In this document: positions 40,751 through 52,900 of the stretch, one piece after another | How the letters are laid out: each line of letters begins with the position of its first letter | Numbering within the stretch: position 1 is the first letter of the stretch | Source: Podarcis liolepis | Lineage: Eukaryota | Strand: one strand, 5' to 3' | Length of the DNA: 64,000 nt | Assembly: GCA_965112155.1 (NCBI GenBank) | Contig: OZ218100.1 | Notes under the pieces: generated by a model | Databases searched by the model: none | The model's input: only the letters and a program-made list of their open reading frames with translations | What the model was told of the DNA's origin: nothing | Made by a program: the position numbers and the translations under genes

Positions 40751-43493
40751 ATATGTTAGTTCATCTGATGCAGCTACTTGGGGCAGAAAAATATATGGGC
40801 TGAACCAAGGAGTCTGAACATGTACAAGGAAGCAAGCAAGCAGGTATGTGCCATTGCTAATGCCTGATGATGTATACTTGTTTGATTCAGTCACCAGTTT
40901 TAGCCCTGGCGGAGTTATATCAGAAAAGTGTACATTGCTGTTCGAGGTGCCTAACCCATGAAGCTGAAAGGTTTGCAGTCTTCCCGCTAACAAAACCACA
41001 TTTCAGCCACTCCACTTGGATTAGCAACAGCAAAGGTTATGTTTTTTTATCATCATCAAGCCCCACCTCCAAGATAAATTGGGGTGGTGGCCACAGCTAG
41101 AAAGGGGCTGGACACCGGGTGAAGGAATACAATGGGAACATTAATGGGAATCTGTCTTCACTGTGAGCTACCATTAGCGCTTTTCTATTTTGGGAATACA
41201 GAGTGAGCTTCATAGGGGGGTGTCCCATACGTGACAGCTGATCAGACAGAGACGCCGAGTGGGGGATGCCATTTAGCATTACAGAGCACTGAGGCCACAA
41301 GCCCAGAAGGGAACAGATGTGCCACATTTGTGGTCATCACTGATGAATGGCTGGATGTTATACAGACCAAAAAGAAGCAGACTGCAAGGTTGCCTGTGCT
41401 GGAAAAGGACAGGATGACTTAACTCAAAAGAGTGATTAATGTTCCTTTTAACTGCGGCAGCGCCTGCTTTTTCTGACTCTACACTTCCAAGGGTTTGAAG
41501 TTTTGGCTTACGGCAGAAGACATTACAGGCCATAGTCACATTAATAAGAAGAGCTTGCTCCATCAGGCCAATGACCCATCTGCTCCAGCCTTCTTAAATA
41601 AATAAGAACCTCTGCTTTCAAGTTGTAATGGAATGGAGAGGGGTGGCAGGATCCTTGGGTTCAACTGACGTCACGGTCACCAGAAAGGAAATGGGTATGG
41701 TGATCAGAATGTTGGAGGACCAGTGGAGTGAAGCCATGAAGCTGGGATTGGGACTGCTCATCAAGCTACTCTAAGGCCCTTTTGCTAGGCCACACCGGTG
41801 TGCTACGCAGTCCCAGAATTATGCCCCAGCGTTCTTTGCGACCATTTGAGTGATCCTCAGTTGCATCTGCTGGACTGCATGCTTCTTCACTGGCACACCT
41901 ACAAACATGGCCACTTGGGGAATGCTTGTATTGTCCAGCCAGGGCTTGGATGTGATGCTAATTGGGTGTAGTCATTGGACTACGTTGGGAGACTTGGGTT
42001 CAGGTCTGCACTTGGCCCTGGAGTTCGCTGGGTGATTTTGGGGTAGTCACCATCCTTCAGCCTAAGCTACCTCAAACAGTTGTTGTGAGGATAAAAAAAT
42101 GGATAGTGAGAGAATCAAGTATGCCTCCCTGGAGGAAATATGGGATATAAATGGGGTTTTTTTTAAGGAGTCCCCTGTTACAAGTCGAAGGGCAATCGAG
42201 TTCCCTAAATTCCAGATAACTTGAGGAAATTACAAACAATTACCTTATGGAATGTTGTTATGGAACTCAGGACAAGGGTGAACAAAACAAAGTATGTAAA
42301 TCCATTTATTCCGTTTATAAACCCTGTTATGATTGAGTGTCACCTTCTGAGCTGGACAGAGGTCTTTGTTACTCATTAAATGTTGCCCTAGGAGGGGAAT
42401 GAAATGTTTACTTCTGGTATTTCTATCTCAAGCATCCGTAAGCGCAGATCTCCACCAGAGGCAGGGAAAATCTCAACTGGCAGGCTGCATGCTATTGTTG
42501 TACCAAGGTATTCTATGCCTTTTTATAATCCATTCCAGGAATTTACTTGGCGAGATGAAAGAGGAGATTACTCTTTCCTTCGGAGCAAAGAATACATACA
42601 AATGGTTGCTATATTTAGAAACCATACTCTGTTTTTATTGAGTTCATTCACGTTAGACAGGGTGCTTTCAGACTGATGCCTAAGACTGCCAACAGGTCAT
42701 TCAGATATCATACACAGGTCATTGGCAACAGCCTTTTTTAAAAATAACAAAAAACCTACTGGCTTTTCCACAGACTGGGCAAATCCTGATTAACTGGTGA
42801 AAAAATATATCTACTGGCATTTTGATGCAAATAAAGTCCCATAGATGCTGGAGAAAACAGAAGCAGTACTGAACCCACAATACATATTCATTTGGAAGGA
42901 TTCCTAGTAAATAAGCTGTTTTTGATACTGACCAAAAGGGCAATATGATGAAACAACAATAGACTGGGAGAAAATGTTCCATATTGTTTGAACTCCATTT
43001 CAGTGGGGAAATTCAGAGACAAGGGGCAATTCAGGGACAACAGTAATGCAGAGTGGACTGCCACAGAAACTATGAACCCCACTAACACTTTTATTCCTAG
43101 TTGTCATAGTACAAGTGGGAGCTGCAACAATGTTTTGCATCTTCTGTTCAAGGTTCCACCCCCTTCCATTCCATCTCCTCCCACTCAGTTTTTAACCCTT
43201 TGCATACCCTGCAACAGACCATCAGCATTCTATGCCCATTGAGCATTCTGTCCCCAATCATCTGCTTGTGGAAAAGATATCCAAAGTAGATAGAGTAAAA
43301 ATGCAAGGGGAGGGGGCTCCAATTTTCACCAGAGGGGTTGGACACAATTTCAGGGCCTAACAGTTGGTCATCTGCAGATGATCCAGACAGAACTCAAGGA
43401 TGTGCGTAGGACTGTTCTTAGAACAGCACCGGTTTAGACAGGTGGCACATTATATTTTCTTTGAAATCAATTGAACATTCAAGTTTAATAGTA

Positions 43494-43722
43494 CAGTGGT
43501 ACCTCAGTTTACGAACAGTCCTGTTTACGAACTATTCAGTTTACGAACTCCGCAAATCCGGAAGTAGTGTTCTGGTTAGCAAACTTTACCTCTGTCTATG
43601 AATGGAAGCTGAACAGTGGAAGGGCACTGGCAGCGGGAGGCCTCATTAGGGAAAGCGCGCCTCAGTTTAAGAGCAGATTTAGTTTAAGAATGGACTTCAG
43701 GAACGGATTAAATTCGTAAACC
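43494..43722. mobile_element. pogo/Tigger-like MITE, right TIR truncated
   Basis: TA-CAGTGGTACCTC start, repeated tttacgaac, ends ggaacggattaaattcgtaaacc. Confidence 0.75.
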
Positions 43723-45104
43723 ACCACCCCCCATTGCCCAAATAAAGCCAATCTGTTGTCCCTCTTGGGACATATTTCAAACGGGTCGTTCAGCAGTCCC
43801 TATTTTAGGGCAACCATCCTTCCCTTTCTGACGCTGGCAGAGACGCAGCCTACGGCTGGCAAAATCACACTGACACATAAATTTGCACGCCTCCCTCCCA
43901 CGCGACGCAGCACACAGCCCAGCTGTTGTCATCTCTTATCCCGGAGGATTGCAAACAGGCAGTGTGGGTAATGACTGCAAGGCTGCACAGGCAAATATAT
44001 AATCTTAACATGGCTAACTGAGCCTTCCAAGAAATGTGTGACTCTGAGAAATATGATCTCTGCGCTTATTTTCTCCTGCAGAATGATTTCACCTAGGAGG
44101 TGGGGTGTTTGGCTCTATGGGTCTAACAAACTGCCATAGTTGGGGAGGGGAAGGAATGGACCTTAACTGGTGTCTCTAAGAGTTCTTTGCCTTCCACTTT
44201 TTGCTGTTGCTTCTTTGTGAGGCTATGATCATTCTTCCAATTACTTTGCACATGATTCAAAACAGAGTGGACTGTGGGGGGTGCTGTAAAACAGAAACAA
44301 AAGGGGTCCAGCAGGGGAAAAGAATGATCTGAACTTTGCAAGCCTTCCATTTGTAGGGAACAATTTTTTAAAATGTGGGACTCACCTCCAGCCTGAAGTC
44401 CATTGCACTACCCCAGGATTGTATTATTTCATTCCGCTATTGGTGTTGACCAGGAATTCCACTGTAAGGGAGAGATTTCATTGATTTCAATAGAATATAC
44501 CCTGTGAAACGGAAAGTTGACATGAATTTGGAGTGAAATGCATATCGGAGTTGTCTGCGGTGCAGCTACCCCAATGTGGTGAGCTATGAGAGCTACAACT
44601 TGGAGCATTTTCCAGGCCACCAGGCATTCTCTGGCTCTGGATTGACCCTATCCACTGGGCCTTCCTGGACAGAAAGGGCTATAAAAGGCTTTCTAATTGG
44701 TCTTGAACGTTGCCTGAGCAACCAAGTCTTCCAGGTTCTGGGTGATTCCCAGGTTCACCTCTAACAACTATCTAAGGCTCATCCTTGACACATACTCAAG
44801 GATATTATTCTAATACGAGCTATAATATTACCCTAATGTGATTTTGCCCCAACAAGTCTGGTTATGGATGCTGTTCAGCTTTAGGAGAATTTAAATAAGT
44901 TGTAAAAACCTCATATAATTCAACATTTATTCATAACTGGGTTCCTAGTGGGGAGTTGGGGGGGGGGAGTGAAGATTTTAAGAAAAGTGCCTAAACATTA
45001 GTTGTTATTCAGCTAAAGCTAATCAGAACTATATCCCATTTGAGTTAATGACACAGCTTTGCTGCCACTAACTTAAATCCCACTGCACCTTAAAACAGGA
45101 TGAG

Positions 45105-45320
45105 GCAAATTCATGAAGGATAAAGCTATTAATGGCTACTGACCATGATGGTTGTGTTCTGTTTCCACTGTCAGAAGCAGTACCCTGCAAATCACAAGTG
45201 GGGGAGTGCTGCTGGGCTCAGGTCCTGCTTGAAGATTTCCCACCAGTATCTGGTGGGCTGCTGTTACAGCAGAGTGCTGGCCTAGATGGGCCTCTGGCCT
45301 CATCCAGCAGGGCTCCTAAG
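45105..45320 (+). mobile_element. Old CR1-like LINE 3' end
   Basis: ...gctggcctagatgggcctctggcctcatccagcagggctc tail; related pieces at 32680-32745, 53830-54030 (-) and 56535-56630. Confidence 0.55.
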
Positions 45321-45346
45321 TCACAACACACACATACACACACATA

Positions 45347-45604
45347 CAGTGTGGTACTTTGGTTCTCAAACTTAATCCATTCCAGGAGTCTGTTTGACTC
45401 CCAAAACCCATTCGAAAACCAAGGTGCAGCTTCCGATTGGCTGCAGGAGCTTCCTGCACTCAATTGGAAGCTGTGGAAGCCATGTCGGATGTTCAGCTTC
45501 CAAAAAACATTCGCAAACTGGAACACTCACTTCCAGTTCCGGTTGAGGCGTTCGAGAGTCAATTTGTTTGACAACTAAGCCGTTCAAGAACTAAGGTACC
45601 ACTG
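45347..45604. mobile_element. pogo/Tigger-like MITE
   Basis: TA-CAGTGTGGTACTTTGGTTCT ... AGAACTAAGGTACCACTG-TA. Confidence 0.8.
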
Positions 45605-45817
45605 TACCAGATTTAATAATATCACTGATGCTGCACAATTTCCTGGGGAAACAAAACATATTTTCCTGGTATTGAAACATTGACAAGGTTTTATTCTGGA
45701 GGGCCACAGGTTCCCCAGGGACAGTCTCCATTTGACTGTCTAAAGTACAGCAAGAATCGGAGGCCTCACCCACTTCAGCTGCATAGCTCTCAAGGCCAGT
45801 CGAGTTATTCTTGACAG

Positions 45818-46004
45818 GGAGGGGCCACAGCTCAGTGGCAGAGCATCTGTCTTGCATGCAGAAGGTCCCAGGTTCGATCCCTGTCATCTCCTGGGAGAGA
45901 CTCCTGCCTCCAACCCTGGAGAGTCACTGCCAGTCAGTGTAGACAATAATGAACAAGATGGACCAACGGTCTGATTCAGTAGAAGACATCTTCCTCTGTT
46001 CCTA
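45818..46004 (+). mobile_element. Squam3-like tRNA-derived SINE, near full length
   Basis: Pol III A box (AGCTCAGTGG) and B box (GGTTCGATCC), then ccctggagag...gatggacc...tgttccta tail. Confidence 0.85.
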
Positions 46005-46928
46005 TGTATTCTGGCACCTGGGACAGAGAAGCTCTTCTCCCTCCACACACACACACTGCCCCTGGTCGTCAAAATAGAACAGCAATAAATTAAATAGCAA
46101 ATAGTTTTCTGCCCTTTCAAGACAGCTGAAGTGGCTGCATCACTCTGTGTAACAGTTGAGCCAGCCCTGCTTAAAATGAGTTGAGTAGCACAGTGCACCG
46201 CTTGGTAAATGAACAACTGAAATGTCTGCTTCAGCAAACATGGTTTTTTATTATATTCTAATTGCTTCATAATGCCATTCACACAGAAGTGTCTTGGCAC
46301 AGTTAATGTTTTGAGTAACTGATGAACTGTTGACTTTGGCTAAGTGAGTCAGTTCATAAACTGCGGAGAGAAAAAACAGATACCTCCAGCTCACGGTTGT
46401 TTTGTAATGCTAACCACCAAGCAACGCTATACTGTCTTTAATGGAGAAGTCATTATGGGAAGGAAATAAATACTAAAGTCTCAAGGAGACCTCAAGTGGG
46501 CAAATTTGGAAATGAACTTGACTACAGCTATTCTATTCGCCCTACACTTCTGTCTGGAAATCCTATCCTTGAACGCCGCACAAAAATTTCTGGGGTCTTT
46601 TGCCTACAGAAAGCCAGAGAGCTTATAATAATACTTGACAAGATTTCATCACCTCCCATGGGTAAAGAAGTCACGTTTCATCAAAACATGATTTTCCATC
46701 ATCTCTTTTGCAGTATCCCCGGTGGAAAAAATGGTTGTGTCCAGATCTTATAAAATGTCTGTCCTTATACTGATGGTGGTTAATAATACAATTATTTTGG
46801 TTGTTTTTTTTTATTCTTTGTGTTTATTTTTTTTAAAAAACCTGAATGTAAACCCCCTCCAATTGAGCTAAATGAAATGCTCAAATTTAATTTAGGTTTC
46901 TGTTCATTTGTTGCTGATGAAGTTCACC

Positions 46929-48051
46929 TCATAGAATCATAGAGTTGGAAGAGACCACAAGGGCCATCGAGTCCAACCCCCTGCCAAGCAGGAAACACCA
47001 TCAGAGCACTCCTGACATATGGTTGTCAAGCCTCTGCTTAAAGACCTCCAAAGTAGGAGACTCCACCACACTCCTTGGCAGCAAATTCCACCGTCAAACA
47101 GCTCTTACTGTCAGGAAGTTCTTCCTAATGTTTAGGTGGAATCTTCTTTCTTGTAGTTTGGATCCATTGCTCCGTGTCCGCTTCTCTGGAGCAGCAGAAA
47201 ACAACCTTTCTCCCTCCTCTATGCGACATCCTTTTATATATTTGAACATGGCTATCATATCACCCCTTAACCTCCTCTTCTCCAGGCTAAACATGCCCAG
47301 CTCCCTTAGCCGTTCCTCATAAGGCATCGTTTCCAGGCCTTTGACCATTTTGGTTGCCCTCCTCTGGACACGTTCCAGTTTGTCAGTGTCCTTCTTGAAT
47401 TGTGGTGCCCAGAACTGGACACAGTACTCCAGGTGAGGTCTGACCAGAGCAGAATACAGTGGCACTATTACTTCCCTTGATGTAGATGCTATACTCCTAT
47501 TGATGCAGCCCAGAATTGCATTGGCTTTTTTAGCTGCCGCGTCACACTGTTGGCTCATGTCAAGTTTGTGGTCAACCAAGACTCCTAGATCCTTTTCACA
47601 TGTACTGCTCTCAAGCCAGGTGTCACCCATCTTGTATTTGTGCCTCTCATTTTTTTTTGCCCAAGTGCAATACTTTACATTTCTCCCTGTTAAAATTCAT
47701 CTTGTTTGTTTTTGCCCAGTTCTCTAATTTGTCAAGGTCGTTTTGAAGTGTGATCCTGTCCTCTGGGGTGTTAGCCACCCCGCCCAGTTTGGTGTCATCT
47801 GCAAATTTGATCAGGATGCCCTTGAGTCCATCATCCAAGTCGTTGATAAAGATGTTGAATAAGACCGGGCCCAAGACAGAACCCTGTGGCACCGCACTAG
47901 TCACTCTTCTCCAGGATGAAGAGGAACCATTGATGAGCACCCTTTGGGTTCGGTCAGTCAGCCAGTTACAAATCCACTGAGTGGTAGCATAGTCAAGACC
48001 GCATTTTACCAGCTTCTTTACAAGAATATCATGGGGCACCTTGTCGAATGC
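46929..48051 (-). mobile_element. CR1 LINE, 5'-truncated (~1.1 kb; RT C-terminal half and 3' UTR)
   Basis: ORFs 47647-48072 (AFDKVPH, PQGSVLGP, KFADDTKL) and 47094-47630 ([25 protein letters not shown]); ATTCTATGA-type 3' tail. Confidence 0.96.
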
Positions 48052-49335
48052 TAGTATTTTAGTACATTTCATTCATTTTAGTTTGCTCTTTTATTTATTT
48101 GTTTTTTATTTTAAATTTGTTATTGATTTATTAAGGGTTGACCTTTTTTTAAATTTAGCCCAAAGTTGTTCAGCTTATTGGTCAAAATCGAAGGGGGAAA
48201 ATGCCCTTTTTTTGTTTGCCATACATCCAGATTATCCAGGACATTTTCCTGATTTCCACCCGGACACTGCTGCCAACTGTGGTATTCCGTATATGTCCGC
48301 AAAAATTCGGATGTATGCCAACCCTGATTTGGTAACAAAAAAATGTGCAAACATAATAAAAAGAAAGAAAACAAAGAAACAAAAATCTAGTGAGATCTTG
48401 TTGGAAGCTGCTGCCACTTCTTACTCTCCGGCTGCATTGGCAGGGGTTGCCTACCAAATGCCCATGAAAATCCTAAATTTGGCACCTGAGCACAACAGTG
48501 CTCCCCCTCTTTAAAAAGATAACAATCTTTTCACGTCACCCTTGAGAACACTGAGCACAATCCCGCCAAAATTAAGTATTTTTAAATCTTAGCTGAATAT
48601 GTGCTTAATTGCTTTCATGCACACTGCTAAGATATGACTGTGATTAAGCTGTATGCAAATTGTTAACTAAAATGTGAAAAATTCGACTGTAGACTTGCTC
48701 AGTTCTGGCTGATGCCTCGGGATGTTGCTTTGTTTTAAGAAATCTAGGAAGACAGATTCGAAAGGCACAAGATTTAATCACCGTAATCTTGGCAAGGCGG
48801 TGCAATTATTTAGCTCCCCAAGGGGCGCAGCATTTCGGGTCACCACAGAAAAGGCTCGTCTCCTTCCCACCGATCGGACTTCCTTAAATGAACCTCCATT
48901 GAGTGCCCCCTTTAACTCCTCAAAGCGACACTTTCTCGGGCCCTGAAACTCTCAAGAAGCTAGATTTCAAAGGTCTGCGCAACGTTAACTCTGAATTTGG
49001 TTAAATTGACCGGTTCAACGACAGCTGGTCTCCAGCAAAGCGTCAGGCACAGGCGAGCCTTAGGTGGCCCGTACCGTCTGCGATCACGTGCGATGTTCAT
49101 CTGGGGTACTTTTTTTTTATAGCAGTAGCTGCGTTGGTGGGTGACTAAAACCTGGTGACTAACACCACTGCAGAGACGAAAACCAACAACCGGGCAGCTT
49201 CAGAGAAAATCCCGAGTCCACTCCCGCCTCCAGGGACAAAGACAGCCGGAGCCCGAGGCTTCCTGGCGCTTCTCCCCAGCCTCCCCACCCGTTAAGCTCC
49301 AAACGCCCCCTCGGGCTCGCCGGCGAGGGACCTCC

Positions 49336-49460
49336 TTCAAATGTTTCCCCCGAGCTTCAAAGGCTCGCTCGTGACGTAGCAGCAGGACGCCCTCCTCCTC
49401 GCGCGCCGATTGGCTGAAGCGCGCGGAGGCGGTTGCGGAACGTCGCTGTTTGTGTTTGAA
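49336..49460 (+). promoter_or_regulatory. CCSAP: CCSAP TATA-less promoter: CRE-like site, inverted CCAAT, CHR hexamers
   Basis: TTCAAA 49336-49341 and 49356-49361, TGACGTA 49372-49378, ATTGG 49409-49413, TTTGAA 49455-49460. Confidence 0.55.
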
Positions 49461-49567
49461 CGTTCCAGCGGGAGGGTGGGGCGAGGAGGGCTCCGTCGGG
49501 CAGGCGGCCGATTCGCTGCTTGAGCAGGGCGACCCTCCGCCCCCCCCCGGCTGGACGGCGCGGCGCG

Positions 49568-49910
49568 ATGGTGCCGTCTCGGTGCGTGAAGAGCGAGTAC
49601 ATGAAGCGCTTCAAGGAGCCCAAGTGGGAGGCGTGCGGCCCCTGCTACCAGGAGCTGCTGCGCTACCGCCTGAGCCGGCGCCTTTTGGAGCAGGCGCACC
49701 GGCCCTGGTTTTGGGACGGCTGGGAGCAGGACAGCAGCCAGAGCGGCGGTGGTAGTGGCGGCTCCCCGTCGCCCCCGGGCACGACTAGCCCGCCGGGTGG
49801 CCAGCAAGGAGAAGAAGGAGCGGCGCCTGGCGAATCTGGCCTGGGCAGGGCGGAGGCAGCAGCGGGGGACGCCGACAGATCCTGCCCCGAGGAGCCCTTG
49901 CGCGGGTCGG
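49568..49910 (+). CDS. CCSAP: CCSAP coding exon 1
   Basis: gcgATGG start, G|GTATGT donor. Confidence 0.9.
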
Positions 49911-52900
49911 GTATGTTCCTCCGCCGCCGAGGAGAGAGGAAGAAGACGGCCTGCCGGAATGACCTTGAGCCATTCTCTCGGTGTCTCCGGGAAGGCGAGC
50001 GGAGGGGGGCGCTGGGAGCCGCGGCTGCAGAGATGAGTCGCTGGGGAAGGAGGGAGGGAGCTGCAGTGGCCGGATGTCCCTGCTCTGCAATGGAGCTGCC
50101 GCTGGATGTAAATTCGGGGCGGGGGCGCGCGGAGGAGAAAGCGGCTTTCCTGGGTTTTAAATAAATCTTAATAGCTGGGGCTCCGCGTCCGGCTTGGCTC
50201 TTGAAGCCGCCCTCCCCTCCGCACGCATCGGGAAATGGAGGGTGCCAGGACCGTGCAGGCGCTTCGGCCTCTCGCCGCCGAGTGGCTTCGCGGCTCCTCC
50301 TTACGCGTCTGTTGGGGAACGAGCGGAGGCGGCGCTGCCTTGCCGCCATCGAGTGGTTGCTGCCAATACTCGGCCCCTCCGGCGCCAACCCAGGTCCTTC
50401 CGGAGGCGAGAGATCTCCGGCTGGATCGTCCCTGCCGAGAAGCGCTTTCGCCCTCGGGCGGCACTTTCCTCGCTTGCGAACGAATAGATTGTTACCGGGG
50501 CCTCCGCTGACGTAACAGCGGCATTTTGGAAACCCATCTTTGACCAAATGGAAAGGGACGATTATTTCTCTCCAGCTTTGCTGGCAGGAAAATAGGCCAT
50601 GCCCACTTGCATTATGGCTTTCTTTTGAAATGTATTCGTGTAGGGCCTGGGGCTTTTTGGCCAATGGAGGACCAGAGCGAACAGGGATGATGTGAGTTGT
50701 AGGAGAGCGGCATCAGGATGGGGCCCACAGGTTCCCCATCTCGGACTTACTAAGGATGATTCGACTTCTGCTTTGTGACTTAATCCTTATGATAAATAAT
50801 ATCTATCTAGAGAGCAGATGGATGCCAACAGCAACAGTATCTAGAGAGCAGTGCAGAGCAGAAATTATGCTGCCCATAAGGCAGGTTGGGGGAACCTTTG
50901 GCCCTCCAGGTGTTCCTGAACTACAGCTCCTTCATCCCCTGGCATTGACTATGCTTGCATGGGTTGGTGGGAGTTGTAGTTCAGCAACACCTGGAGGTTC
51001 TCCACACTTGCCATAAGGATGATGTCATTCTTCCAGCCACTCTTTGGTGGTAATAGCATGATGCCCTGTTCTGCACAGAATTAGGATTGCTTTAAGACCA
51101 TGGAAATCTTAGGTGAGCAGATAAAAATGAGCCTGTTTCCTCTGTGTTTACTTACAGACTCTAGAATCTGTTTTCCGAAAAAGTGAGACAAAACTTAATG
51201 ATCTTATTACGAGTGAAGGGTTAGATTTGCATACCTGACAACACTTCTTGAGTGCTGCTGTTGGCATCAGTGGAGCCAGCTTTGGTGAATGCAGCTTTGA
51301 TTTCACCCCCAAAGTGTCTTGATCTCTTATAAGCTTTTTGGAATGACCTCACCAAGAGCATTTCAAAGGCCCAAACTGAAATACCAGCACAGTACTGAAA
51401 ACAGACCCAACTCAGTAGTATTCTGAATAGAATAACCCTAAAAAATACTCTGAAATTCCTTTGTTTTTTTCTGATTTAACAGAAAGTAAAAGTAGCTTCT
51501 TTATTTAGTTACAGTATTTATAGCCTACTCATCACTGAACCTTTTCAATCCCAGAATAAGGATCAAAGTAATAAAACCATTACAAACTAATATAAACAGG
51601 TCCAACAAACAACAAATTAACAATTCTTTCATAAGGGAAGCAACAACGCTATAATGACAAACATTAAACTTTCCAGTTTAACCAAATGCCTAGGTAAAAA
51701 AAAAAGAAGACATTCAAACAGATTAAACAACCAACAATTCCCACCCCATTTTTCATTTCTGGTGGAGATGCTGAGGTAATCCACTTGCTTCCCACTCTCT
51801 CATACAAAGAAGGCTCCACTCTGGGCCAACAGACTTTGTAGATTTTGAACAGCTTCCATCTCATCCAGGCTCTTGCCCTGAGCATGGGTGTAGCCAGGGG
51901 GGCAGCTGCCCCCCCCAATAAAGTAAATCAGTAAGAATAGTTAACTAATTGAGGTTCTGCCCCCGCCCAGCATAAATCCTGGCTACACCCATGGGCCTGA
52001 GTGGTATGAATTGTTGCCCACAAGGATCTACAGCAAGAAACTCCTCCTACTTGACCATGGAAGCAACAGTGGTTGAAAAAAAAGCACAAAAAGAGGGTGG
52101 CAATAAGGCCCTGCTAGTGTTTCTCTCCCAGTCCTGACAAAACTCCTGGGCCTCCAAGCTGGTAAGGCTACTAGGGAGGAATATGCAGGTGAATTTGCTG
52201 GCCTCTCCCAACTCTGTCCTCCTTACCAGCTGCCACAAACCGCATTCAGGGTCCTCCAGGGAAATTAATGTGCTTCTCTATATAGATTGTGCCCTAGTTC
52301 TCAGAATACACTTAATTAGGAGATGTTTTACACAGTACACAGCAGCAAACTCAGATTGGCCATTAAGTGCGTTCACAACAGGGGAGCAGCAACTCATACA
52401 GTCTGCTTGATGGTACCTGCACAATTTATGTATACACAAACAGAAGTTTGGTATGTCACACATAGTCTTTTCCCCCTTTCCAGTGAACCTTTGAAAACAA
52501 ATTTGTGAAGTGTCCTATGACATTGGTTGAGTCTAGGAATGTTACCTTGCTGACAGCTGGGATCAAATTTTTAAAATGGATTTTCAAATGCTCAGGATAT
52601 CAAATGTGGGCAGATACCACCTGTAAATTGAAACAAACGTGCATGACATATATGGAATATACTATCGGCAGATACAGCGATGGTTGGCAGGATAACTCCA
52701 TGCAAGTACCCCTATACAAATTTGCAATACCACTTTAGGTTTGCTAAGATAATCAAACCTTAATCCGAATGACAGCATGGAGATTTCTCTGTGCTGTGCT
52801 TCATGGACAGTATTTATTTGGAACTTAAAAGCATTGTCACAAATGTGACACTAGCGTAGATAACCTAGTCTTCTGATGACGCACTGGTACCTTGGGGGCA

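Larger units (their letters stand above)
37330..44706 (+). pseudogene. Candidate decayed multi-exon gene of unknown identity
   Basis: Chain of AG/GT-bounded segments giving Cys/Trp-rich peptides with many stops (mostly TGA) and frameshifts; see findings. Confidence 0.4.
49240..50520. other. CpG island at the CCSAP promoter and first coding exon
   Basis: Dense CpG, GC-rich. Confidence 0.9.

Noticed and set aside
45818-45890. tRNA-like sequence with A and B boxes
   Set aside because: Continues into a SINE body and tail with other copies in the window; not a tRNA gene.
49663-50664. 333-aa antisense ORF over the CCSAP CpG island
   Set aside because: Low-complexity R/P/A/S peptide expected in GC-rich DNA; partly the shadow of the CCSAP exon; no recognisable domain.
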